This document shows positions 1 through 9,575 of a stretch of DNA of 64,000 bases, in pieces. A model generated the notes under the pieces. The model did no database searches, was not told the origin of the DNA, and worked only from the letters and a program-made list of their open reading frames with translations. This stretch comes from an uncultured delta proteobacterium. GTDB taxonomy: Bacteria; Desulfobacterota; Desulfobacteria; Desulfobacterales; UBA2156. Made by a program: the position numbers and the translations under genes. The stretch spans positions 480,001-544,000 of the forward strand of contig CAVTQK010000015.1 in the NCBI GenBank assembly GCA_963736855.1. The letters run 5' to 3'. Every line of letters starts with the position of its first letter. Position 1 is the first letter of the stretch.

Positions 1-41
1 AACAAAACAAACGCTTTTACGTTCAACCGGGGAAAAATAAA

Positions 42-656
42 ATGGAGTTCATTCCGTTACAATATCACAATCCCGATCAGTGGATCGGCGGCATTTTGGG
101 GATCATCGCCGGTTTCATTGTTCAGGGCGAAATGCAGATATATTTCGTTCTTCTTTTTCAGAACTTCGCGGAACGGGAAAAAGTGACCTATGATCTAAAT
201 CCCTTTCATCATATCGATCCAACCTCTCTTCCGGTCATTCTTTTCACGGGATGGGGATGGGGGAAGAAACGGGTTGAGGCTCCACCGTATTTTCCCCAGA
301 AACGGATAGCCCTATGTATGATCCACATGATGGCTCCCATGGCCAATCTGATGCTTGTGGGCACACTGGGGAGTATTTACCTGTTTCTACATAGTTCAAT
401 TCTAAAATTCGCTATTGAAATCAACGCATTGATCGCAATGGCGAATTTTTTTATCCCCATCCCTCCGATGGCTTTGGGAAGAGCCGTTTCTATCCTCTTC
501 CCTGCATTGGAGGGCCGTCGTGCCACTCTCGAGCGATCTGGGGCGTTGCTATTGACCGTCTTGGTGATTTTGGACTATGGGGCCAAGACGGGCTTTTTTC
601 AATCGATCCTCATGCCGGCGACGCGATTCATCTCCCATTTGATTTTGGCGGTATAG
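42..656 (+). CDS. Membrane protein resembling site-2 protease (M50) family, catalytic motifs degenerate
   Basis: DLNPFHHIDP...GWG, APMANL and NFFIPIPPM motifs echo M50/S2P proteins, but HExxH and LDG are absent. Confidence 0.6.
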   Translation: MEFIPLQYHNPDQWIGGILGIIAGFIVQGEMQIYFVLLFQNFAEREKVTYDLNPFHHIDPTSLPVILFTGWGWGKKRVEAPPYFPQKRIALCMIHMMAPMANLMLVGTLGSIYLFLHSSILKFAIEINALIAMANFFIPIPPMALGRAVSILFPALEGRRATLERSGALLLTVLVILDYGAKTGFFQSILMPATRFISHLILAV

Positions 657-949
657 CCGGTTTGCCTGGCAGGTTCCTTGCTTGTGAGGTGACGGTATCA
701 TCGTAAGTTCAATTTAGCCGAAAACTCGATGCCAAGGCAATTCCGATCCAGACTTCACTTCCAAAGATTCGCCCTCCGGCGCAAATCGTTCGCCGCTTCG
801 CTGTGCTCGGCGGCTATCCACATCCGGCGGCGCACCGTGTCCGGCTTGACCTCTACAACTTCTGCGGCTCTCCCCGGCCCTGCGCTGGCAGCTGAAGCTT
901 TTCTGGGTCCTTTCGGGCACCCCTCACGGCCTGGTTGATATGGCCGCCA

Positions 950-1997
950 TCACGGCTTGGTCGTACCCTGCCCGGCCAGGGCCTTGATGCCCATGGTCTC
1001 GATCAGGCGGTTGATGTCGGTGGTCTTCAGGTTCATGCCCCCCTCGGAGACCGGCAGCAGCATGATTCGCTTGCCCTGCAAGGCTTCGGCGATGCGCAGC
1101 TTGACCATGGCCTCGCCGCCCGAGCCGGCCAGGGCGTTGTTCATCTCCTGGATGCCCTTGGCCTCGGCGATGCCCTCGGCCTTGATGGCCTCGGCCAGGA
1201 GCTTCTGCTGCTCGTAGTAGACATCGGCCTCGATCTTGGCCTTGCGGTAGGCGCCGTCGGCGTCGGCCACCATCTTGTTGACTTCGCCCTTGGCCTCTTC
1301 CAGCTTGCGCTTGTACTCCTCCACGGCGGCGTGCTGGGCCGACTTGTTTTTCTCGACCTGCTGGTCGGCCACCTTCTTGTCCTCGATGGCTTTCTGATAT
1401 TCGCGGTTGAAGCGGTAGTCCTTGGTCAGCACCTTTTCCACGATGATGCCCATGGGTCCCAGCATCTCCTGGAGGACCTCCTTGGCGCGCTGGGCCTTCA
1501 ACTCGCGCTTTTCGGCCACGTAGAAATCTTCGGTCTTCAGCTCGCCGAAGATGTCGCGCGGCTTGCTGCGGGCGACGGTGCGCACGATTGTTTCGCGCAG
1601 GGTCGGTCGTTGCTGTCGGCCACATACTGCAGGATATAGGGCGCCTTGTGCGGCATCGATGCGATAGGCGATGATCACATCGAGGCTGATGTCGTTGCCG
1701 TCGATGGTCTTGAAGAGCAGGTCGTCGCGCAGTTCGGCGGTCACCGCGGCCCTGATCGAAAACCATCTCCAGGTTCTGCAGCTTGGTGTCAAAGGTATGC
1801 CAGTCGTTGATCAAGGGCAGGAAGAAGTAGGTGGAACCGGGAGCATAGACCTTGTCCTCCACGCCCTTGGCGCCCGATAGAATGCCAATTTTTTAGTGCG
1901 CACCCCCACCTCGGTCTCGCCGGTGGTGTGGGAAACGCAGCCGCTCAGGCTGCCGAGCCACGAGGCCGCCAAGACGCAGAGCGATCAAGCGTTTCAT
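950..1997 (-). pseudogene. SPFH/band-7 (prohibitin-like) lipoprotein, frameshifted
   Basis: Pieces in several frames: MKRLIA..LSGC lipobox, GETEVGVR, VEDKVYAPG, FKTIDGNDISLDV, C-terminal coiled coil; ATGA overlap with upstream SPFH gene; indels may be sequencing errors. Confidence 0.8.
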
Positions 1998-3090
1998 TGG
2001 GCACCTCCTTTGCGAACGTCGAACAGTTTCAGCGCGTTGTTCAGATCCAGCGGGTTGACCCCGCCCGCGCCGTCGCTGGGCAGGATGATCAGGTCCAGCC
2101 CCTTGTAGACGTCGGCCATTTTCAGGCCCACCATGCGCTCGGAGCCGATCCCCTTCAGGGCGTCGTTTTTCAGGCGCACCCGTTCGGCCTCGGCCAGTTT
2201 GACCAGCAGGTCGGCCTCGGCCTTTTTGGCCCGCACATAGAGGTCCTTTTCGGCGATCTTGCGCGTGACATAGGCGCTGGCCCTGCTCCATCTCGACCTC
2301 CACGATCACCTTCCCCTCCTGGATGATCTTCTTCAGCTCGGCTTCTTCCCGTGGCCGCCCGCGCTGCGGCCTGGTTGGTGAAGACCAGCTGGTCCTGGAG
2401 TTTCTTCTCCTCGATATTCTTCTGGATCTCCTGGCTGTAGACTGAAGTAGCGCACCAGCACCTGCTCGACCTTGATACCCTTGGCATTCAGTTCTTTGTT
2501 GAGCAGCTCGTGGCCTCGCGGGCCTTTTGTGCTCGCAGCGGGCTGTTGTAAAATTCTTCGGTGGTCAGCTTGCCCAAGGTCTCTTTCAGGGCCGGCTCGG
2601 CCTTGGGGATGATGCCGTTGTCCTCGAAGAGCGTTCCCGGACCGATGCTGGTAAAGACCAGGTAGGGGTCGGCGATGTGGTAGAGGATCGAAACATCCAC
2701 ATCGACGAAAAAACCGTCCGAGGTCTGGATGTGCGCGGCGCGGTCCTTGCGCGCCGTAGTAGCCGCCGTGGTCGGCGACCCGGTCAACTCCAGCACCTGC
2801 ATATCACGCGGCAGGCGGTGCATCTCCAGCAGACCCGGGAAAACCCAGTGTAGACCTGCGGTATAGGCCTCCTTTCGCACGCCGCGGTTGATGCCGATGC
2901 GCACCACCTTGATACCGAACTCGTTGGGTTGCACATAGACGAACAGCGTATTGAAGACCACTAGCAGGATGATCAGCGCCATGATGCCGATGCGGATGCC
3001 GCGCGCAATCTTGGGCTGCAGCTTGGGCATTTTAAAGGACTGCCGGGCCTTTTTCACGGCCTGTAGAATATCCTCGGACTGCTCAACCAT
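1994..3090 (-). pseudogene. SPFH/band-7 protein with N-terminal TM, frameshifted
   Basis: QTSDGFFVDVDVSILY SPFH core; continuation only by frame switches near 2512, 2445, 2350 and 2280; AGGAG RBS before ATG 3090. Confidence 0.8.
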
Positions 3091-3716
3091 GGATGTACTC
3101 TCCTTTCGAGAAAAAGTTGTCGACGCATTAAGCGTCCATCGCCCCTTTGACTCCTATGTGGGCCGCGGTGATGGCGTTGGTCATGGGGCGATAGCGCAGC
3201 TGCTCGAAACCGATTCTCGCCAGCACTGCGGTCAGTTCCACCTAACGGATAGCTGGGGCCATCGGCCATTGTTTATAACCTGATGGAAAAAATCTCTAGA
3301 CTGGAGCACAACAAACATCATTTATCATGCAGCACTTTCAGCGAGAGCCGCTGTTCATCAACTGATAAGAAGTTGCTTTTTTGTTGGCGGATTAAGTGCG
3401 GGACTGAATTGTGTTTTTCCATCATCTGCGACCCAAGATATGGGAACCTGCAGTTGACAAGGCTTATGAATTTTCAACTATCCGAAGGTGAATGCGCTGT
3501 CAACTGGAATTTTATCGGCTGTCCCCACAAGTATGTTGTAAAAACATCTGCATAGTGGTAAATTTCATAATTTAAATATTATCATGCCATTCCTTGAATC
3601 CAGAAGGTGGATGCATTAAATTCTTACAAGATGAAGGGTTTCTTTCAATGTGCACTCAACCGATAACTGTTGTATCCCCAAACCATATCCGGCACCAAGA
3701 GGAAGCCGTTTTACGG

Positions 3717-4514
3717 ATGCGACGCAAAAGGGCCGCACTTCTTCTTGCCTCTCTTTTTCTGCTGGCAATTTTATCGCCCCAGGCTGGTTTTTCCGCCATG
3801 CCGGAACTGAACACGGCTCCTTTTTCGCCCGGCGAGAGACTGACGTTTCACCTGAGGTGGGGTATCATTCCGGTGGGAGAAGCCACCTTGGAAGTGAAAC
3901 CTTTGACGACCCGGGATGGGGTTCAGGCCTATCATTTCTCCGTCCGCGCCAAAAGCAATGCCTTCGTGGACGTGTTTTATAAGGTTCGGGATCAAATCGA
4001 TGCTTACGCAGAAACCGGGATGACCCGGTCCTTGCATTATCGGCAAGAACAGCAGGAAGGGTCCACCCGGCGGGACATCACCGTTTATTTCGACTGGAAA
4101 AAAAATGAGGCACAGCATGTCAACTATGGGGAAAAACGCCCACCGATTCCGATTCAACCCGGCACATTTGACCCGCTTTCCGTCTTTTATTTTGCCAGGT
4201 TTAAGGAAATGGCCCCGGGGGCGGTGATTAAGCAGTGGGTCACCGACGGCAAGCGATGCGTCATCGGGAAAGGGATCGTGGTCCGGCGTGAAAAGGTCCG
4301 TATGGGGAATAAGATGGTGGATTCAATTCTGTTCGAACCGGAATGCAAAGAAGTGCGGGGCGTTTTCGAGCAGAGCCCTGGCGCCAGAATCGAGGTTTGG
4401 CTTACAGATGATTCAAATCGGATTCCCGTCAAGATCCGGAGCAAGGTCATCGTGGGAAGCTTCATCGGGGAATTGGTGTCTGTCGAAGGCGTCAAAGGTT
4501 TCAAATTCAATTGA
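3717..4514 (+). CDS. DUF3108 family exported protein
   Basis: Signal peptide; PFSPGERLTF..WGIIPVG, FDPLS, WLTDD..IPVKI motifs; start chosen after GAGG. Confidence 0.8.
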   Translation: MRRKRAALLLASLFLLAILSPQAGFSAMPELNTAPFSPGERLTFHLRWGIIPVGEATLEVKPLTTRDGVQAYHFSVRAKSNAFVDVFYKVRDQIDAYAETGMTRSLHYRQEQQEGSTRRDITVYFDWKKNEAQHVNYGEKRPPIPIQPGTFDPLSVFYFARFKEMAPGAVIKQWVTDGKRCVIGKGIVVRREKVRMGNKMVDSILFEPECKEVRGVFEQSPGARIEVWLTDDSNRIPVKIRSKVIVGSFIGELVSVEGVKGFKFN

Positions 4515-4642
4515 GCGCGGAGCCTTTTCCCGATGCATTCATGCCCAAAACATTTTGGAAATGCCTGGAGGCTCTATAATCCCACGAGGGGAAATCACAG
4601 GCAAGAAATAACCGTTTGTCTCCAGTTGCTCAGGTCCGAACG

Positions 4643-5398
4643 TCACCGCCTTCTATGCATCTGGATGCTTTGCCGGACTGCTGTGGGTTGAACCCAACGA
4701 TCGGTCTCTCCGTCGTAAAACCACTTGTCCGGGAATCCGCGGCGGCTGGTGAATGTGGGGTTATCCGACCATTCGACGAGATCTATGTAGGCCTGGTGGA
4801 TTTTTCGGAATAGGGCGGCGTAGCCACCGCTGTCGGGGTGGTGCTTTTTTGCTTGACGGCGGTACGCGACTTTGATTTTTTGCCTGAAATCCGGATCACT
4901 GAGTTCCGAAGGCTTCATCCGGAGATAGGTGACGGATTTGTTGATATGCGTCGGATGCCGGGTCGTAAACGGCTTGACTGTATCACAGGGCACATGGTTT
5001 TTTTTGGCGATCTCCAAAAGGTGTCTCGATGCCAGATATCGTTTTTGGGTTCGCCGTTTTTCCGCCCACCAGGTATTTCCCAAGGCATTGGTCATGTGAC
5101 AGAAATCCTCGGCCGGCTTGTTATCCCCGTTGCGCGGATAGAAAAAGCTGAACAGCGTGTCGGAATGGTGGGTCAGGATATCCAATATCAGCGTGGAATC
5201 TGTAAAATAGAAGGTGGCATAGCGGGTGTTCAAAGCCCGGAGAAGTCCGGTCCGCATGGTGAGCATCTGCTTTAACCGCTGCCGGCAATGCAAAGAACAG
5301 TATTTTCGCCGCCCCATATTTTCCACGGTTCCACAGGAAAGGCACCGGTTTTTGAGTCTCTCGGATCGAAATTGGGGTTGGACTGCCAGGCTGATCAT
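4643..5398 (-). CDS. J-domain protein with N-terminal Cys (zinc-finger-like) motif
   Basis: CLSC..KYCSLHC at N-terminus; IKVAYRRQAKKHHPDSGG near C-terminus. Confidence 0.8.
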   Translation of the reverse strand: MISLAVQPQFRSERLKNRCLSCGTVENMGRRKYCSLHCRQRLKQMLTMRTGLLRALNTRYATFYFTDSTLILDILTHHSDTLFSFFYPRNGDNKPAEDFCHMTNALGNTWWAEKRRTQKRYLASRHLLEIAKKNHVPCDTVKPFTTRHPTHINKSVTYLRMKPSELSDPDFRQKIKVAYRRQAKKHHPDSGGYAALFRKIHQAYIDLVEWSDNPTFTSRRGFPDKWFYDGETDRWVQPTAVRQSIQMHRRR

Positions 5399-5462
5399 GG
5401 TTTTAAAATCACCTTAAAACGCAGGGTGCGGTGCGATACTCATTGAACTCCACCTTGCCGTA

Positions 5463-6215
5463 TTAAAACTTTTTAGCCGCTTCTTCCAAAAGGGTTTGCA
5501 CTCCAGGGCTGAACCACAGCTTAAGGAGTTGTTCGATTTTGTCTTTTGAATACTTTTCAAAACGTTCACACACCACCTCTACACTGTTGCGTTTGATGGC
5601 CGCAAACGCTTCTTTGGGATTATGGCTCAGTTGAGAAATTTTTTCCAACGCAATTTTTTCCACGTCGGTCTTCGGGAATACCCCGTCGATGACCCCCATC
5701 GAGTAAGCCGTTTCCGACTCCACAAGCTCTCCGAAATAGAGGAGTTTTGTTGCGGCGCGATTCCCGGCTGCATACCTGAGCATGAGATCGGCCAGGTAAG
5801 GGACCGGAAGGCCTAACCTGACCTCGTTTAACCCGACAAAGACTCTTTCGGAACAAGCGAACCGAAAGTCGCAGGCCAGGGCGAGGATAGTGCCGCCGGC
5901 CACGGCATGTCCGCAGATGGCGCAGGCCGTTGGAAGCGGCAGAGTAAAAAGATCCAGGACGACGCGATCAAAAGCATACCAGAAATCTCGCAGCTGGGCT
6001 TGGTTTAGGGGGAGCAAGTTCGGGATGTCCAACCCGATGGAGAAAAATTTGCTTCCTCCCGCAAGTACCATTCCCCCATAGGATTTTTTGATGTAGCCTA
6101 AGGTCTGCGAAAGCGCTTCCACCACCTCAGGGCCGATGGCGTTGGTCACGCCGTTTGAAAGGCGCAAAACAGCCACCGCACCCAAGTCCTCGATAGTTAC
6201 TTTTTTCGTTTCCAT
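5463..6215 (-). CDS. Enoyl-CoA hydratase/isomerase (crotonase) family
   Basis: FFSIGLD, GHAVAGG, GLNEVRLG motifs; start METKK. Confidence 0.9.
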   Translation of the reverse strand: METKKVTIEDLGAVAVLRLSNGVTNAIGPEVVEALSQTLGYIKKSYGGMVLAGGSKFFSIGLDIPNLLPLNQAQLRDFWYAFDRVVLDLFTLPLPTACAICGHAVAGGTILALACDFRFACSERVFVGLNEVRLGLPVPYLADLMLRYAAGNRAATKLLYFGELVESETAYSMGVIDGVFPKTDVEKIALEKISQLSHNPKEAFAAIKRNSVEVVCERFEKYSKDKIEQLLKLWFSPGVQTLLEEAAKKF

Positions 6216-6458
6216 GAAACAGCTCTTTTCATCGAGTTGTCCTGCGGTGTACATTTGCCTTGGGCATAAAACATAAAAAGAAGTATAATTAAATACGATC
6301 GGGACCGGATATGTCAAGAAAAAACACCGGGGATCCCCTGCGGAAAAGTCATCTGACCCGACGATCCGCATCAATGACGGATTATTAAAAAATCACCTGA
6401 GGGTTGCAGATGACGGTGCCTCAAGTTATATTTAAGACCTTTGAAAGGAAAGAAACCC

Positions 6459-7328
6459 ATGCATTATGAAGGCAATATCATCCGGCCTCCCAGCGAGGCC
6501 AATAGTATTCTGCTACAGGTGACCGTGGGATGTTCCCGCAATAAATGTACCTTTTGCGGGACGTACCGGGGTGAGCGTTTCAAGATCAAGGACGATGCGA
6601 TCATCATGGAGGATATCGCTTTTGCCGCGCGATACTGCCTGCGTCAGCGCCGGGTCTTTTTGTGCGACGGCGACGCCCTCATTATCCCGCAGAAACGCCT
6701 GAGACGCATTTTACAGGAAATTCGCCGCCAATTGCCCTGGGTGACACGTGTGGGGGCCTATGCCAACGCCAAGGGTATTGGCATGAAAACCCTGGAGGAG
6801 CTTGTCGCATTGCGGACAGAGGGTCTCGGAATTTTATATATGGGCTTGGAAACAGGGGATGACGTGACCCTCCAAAGGATCAACAAGGGAGCAGATGCCC
6901 AACGGATGATCGAAATGGGAAGAAAGGTTAAAGCTGCGGGAATCAAACTGTCCGTCACGGTTCTCCTCGGGATTGCAGGCAGAGAGCGCTCCGCTGTTCA
7001 TGCCGAGGCGACCGGCAAGGTGCTATCGACTATGGATCCGGATTATGTGGGGGCCTTGAGCCTGATGCTTATCCCGGGAACTCCCTTGTATGAAGACTAT
7101 GTCTCGGGCCGGTTTGATTTATTATCCCCCCTGGAAATACTCGGAGAACTCAGAGTGCTTTTAGCTCACACCGATCTTTCAAGGGGGCTGTTTCATGCCA
7201 ATCATGCCTCCAATTATCTTCCCATCAAGGCTCGGCTGCCCAGAGACAAGGCAGCGACACTTGCTCTCATCGACCAGGCGCTCGAAGGCGCTGTTCCCTT
7301 GAAACCGGAATGGCTGCGCGCTCTTTAA
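6459..7328 (+). CDS. Radical SAM protein
   Basis: RPPSEA, GCSRNKCTFC Cys triad, YMGLETG, NHASNY. Confidence 0.9.
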   Translation: MHYEGNIIRPPSEANSILLQVTVGCSRNKCTFCGTYRGERFKIKDDAIIMEDIAFAARYCLRQRRVFLCDGDALIIPQKRLRRILQEIRRQLPWVTRVGAYANAKGIGMKTLEELVALRTEGLGILYMGLETGDDVTLQRINKGADAQRMIEMGRKVKAAGIKLSVTVLLGIAGRERSAVHAEATGKVLSTMDPDYVGALSLMLIPGTPLYEDYVSGRFDLLSPLEILGELRVLLAHTDLSRGLFHANHASNYLPIKARLPRDKAATLALIDQALEGAVPLKPEWLRAL

Positions 7329-7360
7329 CGGATCGACCTCAGAATAAACAGGAGGACTCA

Positions 7361-7654
7361 ATGGATTTTAAATTGATGATGACCACCTTCATCATGATAT
7401 TCCTGGCAGAGCTTGGAGATAAGACCCAGGTGGCCACATTTTGCCTTTCCGCCGACTGCGAGTCTTCGAGGCTATCGGTTTTCCTTGGATCCGCCGTCGC
7501 CCTGGTGATCAGTGCGCTTATCGCCACGGCACTAGGGGACGTGGTCACTCGATTCATTTCTCAAAGTCATATCAAACTGATAGCGGGCGCCGTTTTCATC
7601 ATCTTCGGAGTCTTCACATCGTATGCAGCCATTCGTTCGATATTCTTTTCTTAA
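7361..7654 (+). CDS. TMEM165/GDT1 (UPF0016) family, single-repeat protein
   Basis: FLAELGDKTQ signature; AGGAGG RBS. Confidence 0.9.
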   Translation: MDFKLMMTTFIMIFLAELGDKTQVATFCLSADCESSRLSVFLGSAVALVISALIATALGDVVTRFISQSHIKLIAGAVFIIFGVFTSYAAIRSIFFS

Positions 7655-7730
7655 ACGAGGCAGAGGGTAATAGACGTAAAATCGCTAATTGAAAAAGGTG
7701 ACGTATTTTAAGGTGCAGTCAATCAATGTT

Positions 7731-7923
7731 GACGAAATCGTAAAAAAAAAGCTATTTTTGCTCGCTTCGTGACCATTTTCGGGAGATGCTCACGGCTTCT
7801 CTAAATTTCAAGAACTCGGCGCAAGCGCCTCAAACAGCTTGAAATTACTAACGCTCAGCCATTCGCATCTCTTTTTCCGAAAATGCTCAAATCTCGCTTG
7901 CAAAAGCTTTTTACGAATACCTC
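7731..7923. mobile_element. Non-autonomous MITE-like element, type A
   Basis: Ends GACGAAATCGTAAAAA / TTTTTACGAATACCTC; AATGTT on both sides (7725-7730, 7924-7929); near-identical copy at 34640-34829. Confidence 0.85.
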
Positions 7924-7929
7924 AATGTT

Positions 7930-8082
7930 GATGGCTTCGTAAAAAGTCCATCTGCTGCGTTGCACTGCATCCTTCGTCATTGCGGCGTACCCATATGTAC
8001 GCCTCATTCCTCAGGATTTGCGCGCCTTGCATCTGAAGCTTTTTACTTTGCCATCCTAATTTTGAGTTTTTACGATTTCATC
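7930..8082. mobile_element. Non-autonomous MITE-like element, type B, in tandem with type A
   Basis: Ends GATGGCTTCGTAAAAAG / TTTTTACGATTTCATC; flanks AATGTT and AACGTT; inverted copy at 26685-26837. Confidence 0.85.
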
Positions 8083-8138
8083 AACGTTGCGATTTGTAGC
8101 TTCCCGTTGTTCAGTTTCTGGATAAGTGAATGACCTGA

Positions 8139-8705
8139 TTAGGGCAGGGCCTCCAGGATGGACTTGGACATGTATTCGGCGGTGTCGGCCAAGGCATCGA
8201 TAGGGGCGAAGGAGAGGGCATTATTGGAAAAAAGGCATGTGGCCGAGGCCGGGAAATCCTCATCGGCACGGTAGAAGATGTAGCACAAGGCAATTTTGGG
8301 GAAAGGTTGCACGACAAATGAGAAATCACCTCCGACGCTGGGAGGACCGGGGGATCCGCTGAGGCGTCTCAGGAAGGATTCCCGGGTCATTCGGATAGCC
8401 TCCACATGCGGGACCAATACCTGCTGAGTCCGGGCAGCAAAGGCGGCCACATAGGGTGCACTGTTGGGAAGGTCTTTGAATGCTTTGAAGGGTTCTAGGA
8501 TCATTTCTTCACTTCCGGCATGGAGGGCATAAAGGGAAATGAGAATTCCCAAGACCCCCTCTTCCTTTTTTCCTTTGAGAAATATGCCTTCCGGATGGAT
8601 GACGCAATTCATCCCAAGAGTCTGAAATTCAAGACTTTTTATTTTAGGATTCTTAAAAAGCATCCTGATGTTTTCTTGTACGATCTTCGAGTAATTGCCG
8701 GTCAT
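8139..8705 (-). CDS. DUF3786 domain protein
   Basis: GDFSF..PFPKI..YIFYRADEDFPASATCLF motif. Confidence 0.8.
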   Translation of the reverse strand: MTGNYSKIVQENIRMLFKNPKIKSLEFQTLGMNCVIHPEGIFLKGKKEEGVLGILISLYALHAGSEEMILEPFKAFKDLPNSAPYVAAFAARTQQVLVPHVEAIRMTRESFLRRLSGSPGPPSVGGDFSFVVQPFPKIALCYIFYRADEDFPASATCLFSNNALSFAPIDALADTAEYMSKSILEALP

Positions 8706-8716
8706 CAGGAATCCTT

Positions 8717-9268
8717 TTAAGTACCGAGAAACCTCTTGACTCGGGTCATGAAGTCACGTTCCCCGATCCTCGACAAAGTCTCTTGGATGGATTCAAGACA
8801 CCCACGGAGCACCGCGGTCTTGGGTTTTGGGGAAGTCAGCTGGGCATCGATGCTTTTAATATCGGCCATTAACTCGCTTAACCCTTCGAAATTAAGACCA
8901 AAGTCTGGAATGTGGCTTTTAAGGGTGCATAGAAGAATGTCCAGCGCCTTGAGGATCGGTTCATCCGGAATTCCTTTGTCACCGAGGACGAAGGCGCCCG
9001 AGACCAGGTGATCGCCAGGGCCCTGAAACGATTGGGCGGCATCAATGCCGTCGGAGGTGATGCCGATGGCGCCGGAAAGGGTCCGAATTTCCACCAGACC
9101 CAATCCAATGAGCGTTTCGGCCGCATGCTTGGCGGCGGGACGATCCAGGTTCAGTTGTTCACCGACTTCATACATGGAGACTTTGGCGTCTGGATCCCCA
9201 CTGGTTTGAATGACAAGCTGTTCCAGGAACCGGCGTTCGGATTCCTGAAGATCATCGAATAGGGTCAT
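8717..9268 (-). CDS. Hypothetical protein, winged-helix-like N-terminus
   Basis: 183-aa ORF with GAGG RBS; SMYEVGEQLNLDR..LIGLGLVEIRTLSG. Confidence 0.7.
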   Translation of the reverse strand: MTLFDDLQESERRFLEQLVIQTSGDPDAKVSMYEVGEQLNLDRPAAKHAAETLIGLGLVEIRTLSGAIGITSDGIDAAQSFQGPGDHLVSGAFVLGDKGIPDEPILKALDILLCTLKSHIPDFGLNFEGLSELMADIKSIDAQLTSPKPKTAVLRGCLESIQETLSRIGERDFMTRVKRFLGT

Positions 9269-9575
9269 CCTCTATTATCCTTTCATTTTCAAGCTCAAGG
9301 CCCAACCCATTGAATCTGGACCGGATGTGATTGGGCTTTTATATGTTATGTTTTCACCAATCTAAGCCAGGTATGATCGATTTGCAAGGCGTTTGAAGAT
9401 TGAAAACCCGGTTATAAAATCGTCCGACAGGTGCACCGGCAAAGCCCCTTGGATATAGTTCATGATTGACATTCCGACACAATAAAAGGTAAAAGAATAG
9501 ATATAAAAAAGATCGTTTTTCCCCCTGAAACAGAACGAACGGGAGACGATTTCGATATCGACGGGAGGAAGATTC

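Noticed and set aside
3239..3280. GTTAGGT core upstream of the SPFH pair, as a possible attC/attI site
   Set aside because: No matching inverse core or attC stem, no second site downstream, no integrase
3450..3506. CAGTTGACA / TGTCAACTG inverted repeat
   Set aside because: Only 9 bp, single occurrence, no supporting context
7725..8088. CRISPR array interpretation of the repeated ends
   Set aside because: Repeats are inverted termini, interiors recur elsewhere and are 150-190 bp, no cas genes
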